Positions 35,201-49,156 of a stretch of DNA of 64,000 nt are shown in pieces. The stretch's first letter is position 1; the number at the start of each line of letters is the position of its first letter. The translations under genes were made by a program, and so were the position numbers. The notes under the pieces were generated by a model. That model had not been told where the DNA came from, did no database searches, and worked only from the letters and a program-made list of their open reading frames with translations. Source of the DNA: Setoptus koraiensis (taxonomy: Eukaryota; Animalia; Arthropoda); the NCBI GenBank assembly GCA_048013815.1, contig CM106586.1:21204001-21268000 (forward strand), written 5' to 3'.

Positions 35201-38200
35201 TTGTGAACATAGGCAGACCAACGATAGTCGGATGAGTTTGCGTTGTTCTAGGTGAGCCTCGGCAAATATTGGTGCTCGTGCCACTGAAAGCAACGGACTA
35301 TGAAACTGCGAATGTTGAAATGAATGAAAGGTAGGAAATGATTTTGATGCTTGCACCAATAAAGTGTGATCATACAGCGAGCGAAAATATCGCTAGTAGT
35401 GATTCACTACTTACGTTCATCTCATGCAGAGTTGGAATATCCGAATCGGAAACAGTGATTCAATGTAGTGAAAAATTTGCGAAAATAAATTACATTGGAA
35501 TTTGCGGATGGACACACCAACTCAAGTTCAAACAAAAACTTACATCACAAAGCAAATTTTTACCAACTGACACGATGGCTTGCCAAAATGTGAGCTGAGG
35601 CCGTTGCATAGGGCTGTTGGAAAAAGAACAGACACAAAAATCAACTGTGGCCCACAGTCTGTGGACCTGATTAAAAGAAAAATACGCGTAATGGTATCGT
35701 TATCATGTCGGCGTTGTTACACTGTTTCGGACCGATCATCAATGTGAGAACTTGTCTATTCTGGATGCTATTACTCACACGCATACACAGTATCGATTGG
35801 AACGCGCAATCATTTTTCACTCAGAGGATGTGGGATGAATGTTCTAGGTAGTGAGGACCTCGGTAAAACTGGAATCATACTGTTCGCCTCAAAAACTTAT
35901 ACATGCAATGCATATGTTTGTGGTGGCTTGATAAGTCAGACGGTTGAATTTATAGTTCTTTTTTTTCAGAACAAAACTGCAGATATGGCATGTACTCGCC
36001 CGATTTTCACCACCGGCTGTCGCATCTTATATATCATTCAATAATCATTTTCTTCCACTGTATTACAATCCGCAACTAGCACACATTATGCATCGTGTAT
36101 AGATTGAAGAACCCCAACAATTGGTCTGAGAGTTTCGCGCCAACAAACAAACGAAAGAAAAAAGAATATATGGAAGACAATTTTCACCAAGTTAGAAATG
36201 TGCCAGCCCACCAAACAACTACTGTTAGAATAGAATTTCTAGTGCAATTCGATTCAAAGACAATATCGGGTCTGTTTTCACCAATGCGCAGTGACATGAA
36301 CATGGATACTGGCATGGTTATCGTTGTAGCAAAAGAGTGAGAGACATTGCTGTTTCAACTGAAAAAAAAAATAATATTAACATTGTCAAAGGCCATTTAA
36401 AGTGACAGAAGAACGAAGAAAGAGAGTAGACAAAGAATGAATAACTAGGAAATATCAAGGAGCCGTTGTGCATGCGTTGATGGAAGGAAGAAAAAACAAC
36501 TCAAGAGATGATACTTGTTCTTGTGGCATTCAGTGTCACCATTGAATAGGTCACAATTGAAAAGCTTGAAATAAACACAGGAAGTTGCTTTTTGTTTGTT
36601 ATATTTCCGGAAATGGGCACAGGTGTACTTCTAGCAGTCCATCTAGTTATTCAATGCGGCTTAGCGAAATGTGGCCCATGCACTCGTGCTCGCTTGAGTT
36701 GCAAATGTCAGATTGAATATTTGGAATGAGTTTTTCGTAACGAGTTGCTAGAGATCGTCGCTGCCTGCTCTCAAGCGCAATATTACCTATACAGCAATTC
36801 TGCTGGGCCTCTCAGTCTAACCTGAACCTATTAAGTCCCCTTAATGAAATCAGCTCTCCAGCAGACAAAATCTTACTTAGTGCACCGGGAGAAGCTTTCA
36901 TTCCGGCATCTGGGAGATTTCAGTTAGGATAAGAACACATCTAGCTACGCGATCAAAAAAAAATGAGAAAACGCTGGTGCTTGGGTAAGAAAGTCCGGAC
37001 CGGGTGCCTTTTATTCGAGAGAATAAATGCCAGCTTTTCTCCACGAGAGGATCAATGACAGAAATCTTGTTTAATCCGAAGTGAAAAACTACACAAAGTT
37101 CGGTTCTATTCTATTACGACTAAGAACGGTTCGATAGGAACTATTCTCAGAAAAAAAGTACTACAAAAAAAGAATGATTGCAAGAACCTGGAGCGCTATC
37201 GTGGAACTCTCCTAAAAAAGTACAGTCAAGAAAAGTGGTAGCGAGTATATAAAATAGGAACAGATTTTCTCCAAGACTCCGACAAATAAGTTGATTTCAG
37301 TCAGCTTTCGAATGTGTTCGACACACTGACTACACCAATTAATAAGATAAAAATTTGTGCATTGATGATGAGCATGAGGATCGAGCCAGACTGTTTGGCA
37401 GATAACTTATTATGCGCTCCGCATTCGTTTTATTTGCTTCAAGCTCTGCTAAAATAAATGGAAATCTTATCAAATTAAGTGGATCGCATTTGGAATTTGG
37501 TTGCAGCATAATCAAATGTTGGCAGCCATGATGTTTGCAGTGGCGGCAATTGTTACAATGTATACAAATTTTGTTACTTTTTCTTTCATTCTTTCCTGAT
37601 TAATTGAGTGATCGATTAATCTTGTTGAAAACTGTGATCAATTGCATTAGCACTTGTGCCTGTTCTTGGCGGCCCAATTCAGTCTGACAGTGTTAGCGAT
37701 GACATTCACGTCACCTCTATGACAATCAGCTTTAATATGGATGCGAAAGAGATTAGATCACTAAATAAGAGCGGTGACATTGGCGGTAATGTTGGCAATA
37801 ACACTAATTAACAACGACAACGACAGCAATAAACATGGCAATGAGTAACCGTTGTTGTCGTGTTTGTATCGTATGTTTCACATTAGAAACAAATGAATGA
37901 ACGTGTGCGTGAATAAATAGACATAACAGTTGAGAGAGAGAGAGAGAGAGAGGAAACACGTTCGTCTGATTCAGACGATTTGTCTAGATGTGTTGTTGAT
38001 CCAATGAATATCAACGGAGACGCCGGCGACAACCCACGATTAGATGACAGCAACAACAACCTACGATTAGGTGGGGGCGCGCTCATGTATCACCCATGGT
38101 ATCCGGGATTATCAGTGGCGCCGTGTCATCGCGACACACACATACTGGTGCGCCACTTAACGGCGGCCCCATTATCATGGTGAGTAGCGGGCCTCATCAT

Positions 38201-40114
38201 GCGTCATAGCGGCACGTTGTTGTCTGAGGATTCTAGTGAGGCCCAGCGAGCAATTCTTCGGGGAGGCAAAGAAAGAGGCAGAGAGAGAGAGAGGCATTAA
38301 TGTAGCGTCGCAAAAGGTGCAACACACAAAATAGATAGACTGTCACTGGATGCTCGTGACAGCCGAGTCAGGGCCGGCCTAATAGCGGCCAGCTCTGTTG
38401 CCAATTTATTGCCAAGGGCATGATGCCTTTTCAAGCTGGCGAACATGTTATCCGGCCCACAACGGGGCCTCTTTCGGGGCCCATCTAACCCGAAAGAGAG
38501 TTAAGCAAGGAAAAGGACCAACAAAAAAGCTCATCTGTCTCTTTATATGTGCAAGCGTGTCGTAGCGAGCCCGATTTTCGCTCTTGGCGCGTCACCATGG
38601 TGGCATAATCAACAACACTATGTGTTTGTGTGTGACCTATGTGAAATTACTCTGGGCACCCAATAGTGGAGATTCTTTTTCGAAGGGGGGCATCTTCTTT
38701 TTTTTCTTCTTCAACTTTTTCTCTTCTTCTTTTTCCAGCTTCGCTCACAAGTTATTGCGTCACGACGAATTTTTTTCTTGCTCGTAACGCCTTTCACAGT
38801 AGCGAAGAAAAACTCACACAGAGCAAATACACACAACATGCACAACATGTCTTGCCAATGGTGTCACGCTGATGACTGACATCGTTGGCGGCTTCGTTGG
38901 CGAAATGTCGATGTCAGCCAACAAACAAAAAGCATTATGCTCAATCGCCTGTGATTGATATCGCGCTCCACTTTTTTAACGGTCCAAAAATGCCGCAAAT
39001 CAATCAATCACTCCACGTACTCATCCTATCATGTCTATACAACAATAATTCTGTGCCGTATGATTGGTGTTGCCCACGCCGACATTGTGGCTCGACCTAT
39101 GGGGCCGACCTATGAGCCGGCTGGTCGAAGGTCGAATGTGGCTGCATGCAAAAATAGCCAATTTCAGTAGGGGCTCCGTTTTGCAGGACAACAACTGGCC
39201 CTCCTTCGAGAACATTTTGCTCCATCTCTACTGCAGATGCTCGTGCACAAATTGACCAAAGAGGACGACGGTCGCAAGAGTTGAACGACTCTGAAAAATT
39301 GTTAGTCAGCTGAAAAAAGGGCCCTTTTTCCAGTTACATAACGTGCCTGCGCGTGTGTATGTGCTGAGAACGTCGCAAGAATGTTAACAAGAAAAGTGAG
39401 AGAGAAACCGGCTTCGAACAGTGTTCTCGAAACGACTGCTTGCACCACGAACGCACTCGGCGATGGCTAACGGTCTGGAACTGTCACCCAGACCGTTTCG
39501 ATGACAGATGGTAAAGAGAACCAGCTCCGGCTAGACACGCCCTCGGGTAGAGCGACAACCAGCGCTAAATGACTACTTTATATTACCTGTTTGACTCATT
39601 TTCGCGGCCCGAAATAACCCGAAATGTTAACATGATATCGAAGAGCCGGCTATGTAGTGAGTTTGTTAGGCTAATCGGTCGGCTAACCGTTCAACCCGAT
39701 TGAATGCGAGTCAGCGGCAGTTAACGGTTTCTTTTACGGTTCATTCAACGTATATTCGCGCCGGTTGCTGGCGACACTAGTTTGCTAGCAAAATTCTAGC
39801 AAGAAACGCACGCGATAAAACACGACACTGCTGTTGGCACAAACCACCGACTACCACGGCGAACTACATCAATGTGCACACTTGTGCACATCTCACGTAC
39901 GATCGCATATGTGCGAGGCACCCTCTAATTGAGGTCAAGGCACTAGTTGATGATTTCTAGCGGCAATTTTCAGATTTAACGCACACCCTCAATTAGTCTG
40001 GACACTTCAAGTCATTTGAGCCGAGCTTGATCGGGCCCCCTCCCCCAATCAGAGCCAAAGTTCACAAGAGACACCTCAGTAGCGTCTCGTGAATTTGTGG
40101 GAGTGGGCCAAGTG

Positions 40115-40200
40115 GGAGCCGAACGGAGCCGAACGGGGCCGAACGGGGCCAAACGGCGCCTAACGGAGCCTAATGGAGCCAAATGGCGCCAAACGGAGCG
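40115..40200. repeat. Degenerate 10-bp tandem repeat (GGAGCCGAAC)x~8.5
   Basis: Direct reading. Confidence 0.9.
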
Positions 40201-40535
40201 ATTTCACTGGCTTGTTTGCAAAGTGCCTGCGGAGTGCTCGGGGCTCTAGAATGGATTCGCTCGCCATGGGCGACATCTGGCAGCAAGCTAGACAAAATCA
40301 ATTTAGCACCGTTGCAGCCAAGACAAGCGAAAATTTGTTGTATTGTCCGAGGCGGAAATTCGTCAAGGGTCGTTTGGTTGAGCTAAAATCAAGAATCACA
40401 AAATATCTTGTCGTGGCTAATTGAGCGATAGCAGCACAGCCGCTTGCTGGTTATGTGAACTGGCTGGGCCGAAAGCAGTGGCCCCTGTCGGATGAGCGGT
40501 TACCTGAAGGGGCTCACAAGAGCCAGATCGAGGGC

Positions 40536-40571
40536 CACTGATTGTGTTTGCGCTGACAAACACAATCAGTG
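40536..40571. repeat. Perfect 15-bp hairpin, 6-nt loop
   Basis: CACTGATTGTGTTTG-CGCTGA-CAAACACAATCAGTG. Confidence 0.9.
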
Positions 40572-40601
40572 TGAGTCGCATTTCACTCATGCGAGAGGCG
40601 C

Positions 40602-40682
40602 CCTTAAATATGCCTCAAATATACCTTAAATATACCTCGAATATACCGTAAACATACCGTAAATATACCTCAAATATACCGT
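40602..40682. repeat. Degenerate 11-bp tandem repeat (CCTCAAATATA)x7
   Basis: Direct reading. Confidence 0.9.
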
Positions 40683-42954
40683 GCCGGCGTATATTGAAGC
40701 GGCTCGCCGGTTGGCACCGTGCCCGGCCAGCTTAGTTATGAGCCAGCTTAGTTGTGAGCCAGTTGAGTTGCCTGTGAGCCTGTTCATTTGGCAGCCAGCG
40801 AGCAGTTATTAGCGCACGAAGGAACGGAAGACAAAACACAGCAAGAAGAGAAAAGAATGACAATAATCATTGTCTAGCCCAGCCTTTACATGGCTAGTTG
40901 CACAATAACACACAACGGTCACACATAACTTACCTGTGCGAATTCATTAGCGGGGGGTCTCAAGTAACAACACAACAACAGCAAAAAATTATCATGAATA
41001 GCTGTTCGGGGGAACAATGTTGCCCACTTGGAACAATGTTGCACGTCAAAACCGGACACGCGGCTCAAGAGCGCGTACATGTTGGCCAACTTAATCAGTA
41101 TTTCCTGAGACACCGTTCAACAGCAACACTGGCTGCACCGAAATAGCTCGCAAACAAAACAATTGTCGGGGGCCTCGGATCATCAGAGCGCGCGCTTGAT
41201 CATCAATCACACAAACACGCACACACACTCACGAGATAGCTCTATTTAGTTAAAATGATACGATCAGACAATCCCTGGTGAGGCGGCCAGCACAATATAC
41301 ATGTAAATTGGTAATGCGGCTTGGTTAGGCCGTTATGTATTATGTAACAGGAGTTGGATCGGAACTGGGCGCGACAACAATGCAGCGCTCGCAGCAGCAG
41401 CAACGGCAACGGCAAGCGAAATCGTTAAATTGTCGCTGTTGGGCCCCCCAACCAACAACTGTCAACTGTTTAGCGCGCCCCACAAACGACGATATCAATA
41501 GAGCCATCATCAATTGACTAAAGCCATGACAATGGTAATAGATTTTCAGCTGGCGGTCGGCCCAACCAGCCAGCAGGAGATACAAAGCAAAAATAGAATG
41601 GGTATGGGAATAAAATAAATAGCTGCCACTCCATTGTTTGGCTCACTTTTTGCGGCCGGGCCTCTCGCTGGCTGTCGGGCTGGCTGGCTGGCTGTCGGGC
41701 TGGCTGGCTGTCGGGCTGGCGGGCTGGCCGGCGAGCGACAAACAATGAGCAAGACTTGAATTGAGGTTATTGTTACATTGTGGGCACGACATTGTCACGC
41801 GCACATATAAACTTGATGATAGATAGCGAGCAAATCAATTAATTATCTGGCGCTTGTTTACATGGAAAATGTTACAAACGTTGCATGGCGATTATGAGGT
41901 GGCTAATATGACAGCTCGTCATTATTTAACTGGGCGCGAGCGGCGCCAGCAGGCCAAGAGGTGCACTGGCGCCCCATTGATTGGCCTCTCTGAGACGGCC
42001 CGTCGCCTCTCCTGTGAGCCTGTGGGCCTGTGAGCCCGTGACAACTTGAGGGGCGCAAGTTGCCGCTCACGAGAGCCCACACAAAGCGATGACCCCTCGC
42101 GACATTTCGGCCAGTCAGCGCCAATAAACAGAGGGATAAACAGAGAGCCATGAATGGCTCTGTTCCTTGAGAGAGGGATAAATGGAGCCGTGAGCACGAT
42201 GCCCGAAAGTAATCAGCGCGCCAGTTGTTGCTGCAACCAGTTATCCAGTGTCCCGTTGCGCGTCTATATTGGCGCGCGTTTGTCAATACGACAATACGTT
42301 GCCAGCCTGCTCGCCTAATATATTCATCATCCATAATCGGGCCCCACTTGTGGGGCCCCAGTTCGGTGCGTGCCCGCAGCCGGCAGCAGCCGTGCTCGGC
42401 TGATGGGCCAGATCGGCCATGCCGCGCACGTGGGCCCTGGCATTTTTGGCCTGGCGGCCCAAATCCCGTCGGCATCGGCATAGAAGCGGCATTCGATGAT
42501 GCTTTATTAATGTAGTGATGATGCGTCGTGCGTGTGTGTGTGCGGGTGTGTGTGCGCGAAATTGCACCTAGCGCCGGGCGCCCCCAAAAGAGCGGAGGAG
42601 ATTATTTTTGAGACGACGTCACTTTTCTAGCTGACGCGGCTCGATAAGACAGCCGCGCATATGCTCAGTGCGCACACTTAATTATACTCAGCTTGAACTC
42701 ACTTTTGTGTGGGCGATAAATCGGCGATAGATCGATGATGCAACTGCCAACTGCGGCCAACCTAGCGCCCGCCAACAACTTTATTCGGCGCCAGTGGCGC
42801 CATTCGCCGCCAGCAGCGGCAGCACCGTTCCCGAAGCTTCGCTCAGCGTCTCGGATTGGCGTGGGTGGGGGCGCCCACTCTCGGCCAGTTTCTCGGGCGG
42901 CGGGCCCCTGTCTGGCAGTGGCTGTGTGAAGGCGCAAAGTGCACTCGTGGCGGG

Positions 42955-43005
42955 ATTTGCTGGTGTTTTATTTGCTGGTGTCTTATTTGCTGGTGTCTTA
43001 TTTGC
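42955..43005. repeat. 15-bp tandem repeat (ATTTGCTGGTGTCTT)x3.4
   Basis: Direct reading. Confidence 0.85.
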
Positions 43006-43425
43006 AAGTGTTTGCTCGCCAAACATAGTGATAAAGAGGGCGACAAAGAGGCGCGTTATTTCTGGCGGAAGTGTCGCCGGCCCACGCGCCTCAAGCTGGA
43101 CCTCACTTCAAGTGGACTCGTTTGCCGGCTGGCTGGCCGGCTGGCCGGCCAGCCGTTCTTAGAGCATCGTCTGCTGGCGTTGTCACTGGGCCACAGCGCG
43201 CCGGAGATCTCTGCTCAAAGATCCGGCGATGCCAACAAATGCCCAAATGCCCAACTGCCCAACTGCCCGACAAATGCCGACCGATTGCAGGCTGGCGCTA
43301 AAAGTGCGCCCCTCGTCAAATCTATTGAATGCAACGCCGGACTCATTGAATGCATTGAATGGTGGCCAGTGCACGCAGCGAGCCACTTATTTTGCTTGCT
43401 CTGCTTCCTTTTCGGGGGGCCCTCG

Positions 43426-43450
43426 TACGACTCGTAGGCTACGAGTCGTA
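43426..43450. repeat. Perfect 12-bp inverted repeat with 1-nt spacer
   Basis: TACGACTCGTAG-G-CTACGAGTCGTA. Confidence 0.9.
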
Positions 43451-44088
43451 GGCTACAGGAGTGGTGGCAGCACTTTTGAATTGATCGGCCCGCTCGCGCT
43501 CGGGCTTACTTCTGACAGCCGGTTCGAGCATGTTGCCCAAGCTGATGTTCGTCATCAATCAGAACAAGGCAGCGCGCAAGCCAGCAGCCAAGGGGCCGCT
43601 CGATCACGACTTTTTGACTTTGTTGTTGTGCGCGCTGTGACGCGCTACAACTATATTATCGGGGCCCCAATAATATCTGCTGCCGCTCTTTAAGCTGGCC
43701 GCACATGGATAGATGGCACAGCTATATATATACACGGTTTAATAATGATTGGATGCGATCGGCCAATGCGACAACAGCAAGGCAAGCGCTTTAATGAACG
43801 ACACACTCTTATCTTTTGCGATAGCGTTCCCGAAGCGAACACTTTGACCTTCTCTCGGCCAGCGAGTGTGTGAAAAGTATGATGGATCTCATTCGGTCAG
43901 TTTCATTTGGTCAGTTGTTTGTGTTGGATTTGGATTGGGATTTGGATTTGGTGGATGGTGGCGCAAAAGTGGCGCTGTTTACCGATCGCTGGCTGCTCTG
44001 GCGAGCCCACTCCGAAAGTAATGATCAACTGTATCGTGATAGAGGCCGGCAAGACAGGTGGCGGCAGCATTTACATCTTGACTTTGTC

Positions 44089-44150
44089 CACTGATGACTT
44101 GCTCGACTGATGACTCGCTCCACTGATGACTCGCTCCACTGATGACTCGC
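44089..44150. repeat. 16-bp tandem repeat (CACTGATGACTCGCTC)x~4
   Basis: Direct reading. Confidence 0.9.
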
Positions 44151-47100
44151 AGTCAGCTGGCGCGAATCAAAAGAAACGAAAAAACGACAACGTGCCAAAT
44201 TCGGATCACAGCGTCAATGGCCAGCTCAATTGCAGCATTCGCCACACGCTGGCTAGCTGGACGAGCGAGACGAACCAACATTATCTGTGGCTGCTGCTCG
44301 CATAGGCAACGGCAAACAAGCCAGCATCATCAGTTATTCATTTGATCCGCTAGCTTGCCAAACTTGCCAGCTCGCCGGGCCGCCGCCGGCCGTGGTCGCC
44401 GTGGTCGTGCCAGCACGACCACGACGACTCACTTATCAAACTTTAGCTTCGCCAGTCACTACTGAGAAGTGTTTACAGCGGGCACGCTTTCTTTGGAATC
44501 CGGCAGTAGGCAGCCGGCAAGTGCATGTCGCGCGCGTCTCGAGTGGGGCGCCTTACGGCCTTTCAGTTGACAGCTCTGTGCCTGTCGCCGGCTCTGGCTC
44601 TCAGGCTGAGAGTGGCGGCTTAGGGCGAGCGAGAGAAACGGCCACGCCGAAAAGAAATCTTATTTGATTTCAAATGAGATATAGAGTATATTTAAAAATT
44701 CATTGCAAGCAGTCCGAACACTTTTGGCAATATAATACAAGTTGCAGCAGCAATGCGAGTTGAGCTGCAGCCGGCCGCTTGCCGAAAGTGGCGAGTGGCA
44801 CGTCGCAAGCGGCCAGCTTGTCCCCACTGGCGACGGCCAAATATGGCCGCGAGTTTGTCGGATGTTTGCAACTGGACGGCAGTTGGCACCAGCCAACAAG
44901 GACAAAGAAGCTATTTTATTTCACTTTGCAGTCGCTTGTTTTGAGCGGCGCCCGAGTAGCGGCCAACCAAACAGCCCGTTTCAACTTATTGACTCAGTGC
45001 AACTATAGGTTGCAAAATAGCCGGCAAAATACTTGAGAGAGAGGGGGGCCCCCTCAAAGTATTTCGGCCCCGTTGCTTGCAAACTTCGCCAAGCCCGCTC
45101 TCGCCAACCTGAGATAGATATTTTACACAGTGTGTGTGTTTGTGTTCAATTTAACTCACAATCTGGCGCAAATGTGGGCCCAACTCAATGTTATTTGATT
45201 ACTGGCGGCGCCCATTCAATTTGTGCCCGCGTGCGTGTGCGTTTATATCAACTATGATTGCAATTTGCAAGCGCCTGTGACTCACAGGCTGTGAGCCAGC
45301 CAGAGGTCCCACCGGCTGGCCGCTTGGGCGTCTTACTGTGTGTCTTGCTGGCTAGGCGCGCGCTGTCGGCCCGGCCAGCACAAGACTAGTTAGTCTCACT
45401 GTTGGGGCCAGTTAGACGGGGGCGCCCCTATTGAGATATATATTTATCTGATATGTTATATACGCGGGGCGCCGAAGCGGCCGAATTGGCCCCAAAGAGA
45501 GGAGGCGCCCGTAGCGGCCAAGGCGAGCAATGTAATAGGATTATATTTAACGCCTCAGCTAACTAACGACGGCCGGCCCAAAGATAAGTGATTCGTTTCT
45601 GGGTATATCCAGCCAGTCTTGTCCATTCACTTCTCTGTGCTCCACGCCATAATATACACACACACAACTAGACAAATAACAAATAGCCGGATCGCAACGC
45701 CAACACGCCAGCCAGATCACACAGGTCGCCTAGCTCCTTTCGCGCCCAGTTCCGTTTGCTTCGCTCCGAACGCACACACACACTTATGAGGACACGTATG
45801 CTTGGCTGGTCAGAAAGTACAGATAAAATAGGAACAAACTAACTACAAACACAAACTAGATGAGACAGTTGCCGGCCAGACATTTGAGGATATGATCGTG
45901 AACAAATAGAGCACGCGTTACAACACATCACAACATCGCCAGAGCGAGCTGCCAGCCAGCCCGACAGCCAGCCAGCCTGAGACAGATAGCAGCAGAAATA
46001 AAGTCATCACACACTCACGAGCCCGTTAAGTCCCCATAGTGATTGCACAGATAAACGAATTGGCTTAACTCGTGGGGCTTAGTGGGGCCAGCGTCCAGTT
46101 TATCGAGACGACCAAACCATGATAAATTAGCTGTATCTGCCATATATGTATGTAGATACAACAACTTTCCCCGATGCTCAACCTCTTGATTGTGTTGTTC
46201 GGGGGCGTCGTGATTGCTTAACGAGCCGAACCCGAAGATAAAACAAACGCGATAACATTCGCAAGCCACACCATGGCCACGCGCGATCTGTAATCAGCAA
46301 ACTGATTAACGCGCCAAAGTGACAGATATTTGTGAAGACCTATTGTGTCACCTATTGTGTATAATTGACACACAAACAGCGATGCTATCAGCGACGATGC
46401 TTATGCTCACCCTCCATTTATCAAGCCAGCAACTATTTACATCTATCACCTTTTGCAGCAATCTGACGGCCAATCACTAATTGGCGATCAGCCTAACAAT
46501 GTGGCCACAGTGACAAATGTGACCCCCGAAAAGAACGATCTCAGATATTTGGGCTCCACTCAGTTGCTATCACTTTTCATAAAATTGTCACAGTCAAAGA
46601 TATGAAGTGACTCGAAACTAACGCTTGCATCCGAAGCAATCGCTGCCATTCTGACATGTGAAAAACGTCCGAAAAATATATCGGCTAGCAAGCGACATGT
46701 ACATCCGAAGATGCAGCGATGGGATTTTCAGTGAACATTTTTCACCCCAACAAATGATCCACTGGGATTCGAAAAGCTCTAGACCGGCCGATCTCAAAAA
46801 GAGCATCTTGAAGAAAAAAAAAAACTAGTGAAGACTTATGTGAGAATCACCGACAAAACCGAAAGTGACTGCTATCTCACAATTTAGAGAGGCATTAAGA
46901 AACTTTTCTTGACATCTGACCTGTTAAGTAGCACAGAAAGGATACGTGCTTCCACTGCTGCCACTATATTGTCGATTTATCCGTACGCGATTGGCAAACG
47001 AGACTGGACAACGAGACGTACGGCCCCATTGGAGCTGCAACGTCTGGCCAACGAGCCTGACGGCCTGTCGCCGTGGGCGGCCGACAATGTCGCAGAGAGG

Positions 47101-49125
47101 CACTCCTTGGTCGCGATCCCGGGTTGTTGGCCGGGTTATATATGTATATGTATACAAAGCGGAGTAGACGAGCAAATGTAAGCAATGATATCTGCTACGC
47201 TACATTAGGAATTTTATTTAATTCAATTTATTTACACTCATTAATATCTAAATTGGCGACGAGTGATGTATAAGTGGTCATGTTTGAGTCGGCCCCATTG
47301 AGTGCATGAATGGCTTCGTGGCTCGCTCCTCAGATATGTGGTGACAAATGTGTGCACCAGATGCCCGAGTTGCTTCGAATTTCACCATTTCCTCTGTCAA
47401 TTTCGTCAGGCCATCTTGGGCTTTGCATCCGGATCGGAGTGTGAGGGGACGCTGTACGATGTGATTTGGAGGTGGTGAACGAGCGACCCAAAGGAGCTGC
47501 AATGGAGTTCCGTTTTCGAATCACTACAAAAGAACGTGACAAGGCCTGTGCGATTGCATGACATCCGGTCTTTCCAGCTTTTGGCATTCAAGTTTCAGCT
47601 AGTGTCCAATTGGTCGAGTGGCCACTGGCTGGTGCTCGTCTCTCTTTGGTGTGACACTTGTTGAGGACGCTTAAATTGGCGATATCTCGCTAATAAACGG
47701 ATAACAGAAAACCTCCATAGGGCGTCGTTGTGTTTGTTCGGTGTGCAGGCCAGCAAAACGAAAGTTTTGCTTAGGTCTTTTTCTAAAAATTGTATCATCA
47801 TTTAAACCGTGCGAGGGGAATTAATCCAGAGCGCCAGTTCAATTAGCTGCTAACACATACTTACACTTGTATGATACAAGTGTTCCCTTTATAGCGATCT
47901 GTGTTGGCGCCCAGTGTTGCTGGCCAAAGATTTATGGGTTTGCTCGGTCTGGCGGGTTTTGGGCATTTTTCAGCGTTGCCAAAATTCAGGTGAGTTCAGC
48001 CACACTGGACAGGTTACCTGAGTGTTTGTATGGGATGCAACGATTGCGAGTCTTTGGGGTATAACGATTGCAAGTGTTTGTGGGCACATTGCTGCTTTGT
48101 TAATTTAATACGTACGCTTGTGCACACATTTCCACACAAACGGTTTTGGTGATGAGGGACAAATTTCTCCGGCGGGGACGCGCTTGCCGTCAGACAGGGG
48201 GCCCAGTGCACCTAGCGACTGCAAACAATGGAGTTGCGTCGTCACTTTCGCCTCTCGCTATTGCCTCACGAGTGTGCGTGTGTGTGCAAATTGTGCCACT
48301 TGTCAACGGCGTGTGTGTGCGTGTGTGTGTGTGCTGCATTGCACAACATTGTATACATTAGTGGCTCGAGTGTCGGGGCCCCATTTCGACTATCTGTCCG
48401 TGTGTCTGTTTGTAGGGCCAACAAACCGGAATCGACCTTGAAAAGAGCCTCGATCTACCTGTGTGTGTGTGTATTGACGCACACAGGTAGATCGCAGTGG
48501 CGCCGCCAATAAAAGAATAAGTAAACACACACACTCACACTAGAGAGAGGGGGATCCGTTGAGATCTGTTAAGACCTGTCGAGGTGCCTCGCAGTGTGTG
48601 TGTGTGGGGCCACCGGCTCACCTGACGCCAGTTGTTGACATGTAGCCCAAATGAGTCTGGGCAGGCCAACCCGGGCAAGCGCAACTAATAATTTGAGCCG
48701 TGTTACCATGTTACTAGTTGCGAGTATGTGTATGCGCGGATATATCCACATCTACCGTAATATATCTCGGTGGGTCGGATGGGCGCCAGTGTGCACCGTT
48801 AAATATTTGTGTGCCCGGCGCGCTCAAATTGCTGTCTGTATTTGTACTTTGTAATCATTAGCATTCTTATAATCTGGTTGTTATGGTCACTGATGATGGT
48901 AGTTCGCGAGAACTCATTCACGGCGCGCCGCACTAACACGCGCAACACACAACGCGTTACACAACGCGTTACACGACCGGCTCGCGGTTCCCCTGACAAG
49001 TGCCGCGCTCGTCCGAGCCGGCCCCAAACTGGCGAGCCTCGCTGGCCAAGAAAAACAGCATGACATCATACTAATAACTTGTAATACATATATATATATA
49101 TATATGTGCACCCCAATTATTATCA

Positions 49126-49156
<31 letters not shown>

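Noticed and set aside
41903-43693. 150-193-aa ORFs on both strands in a GC-rich patch
   Set aside because: Arg/Ala/Gly-rich, partly built from tandem repeats, overlapping in several frames, no domain signature.
46909-47181. ORF with YPYAIGKR resembling an amidated neuropeptide site
   Set aside because: No signal peptide, no repeated peptides, non-ATG start.
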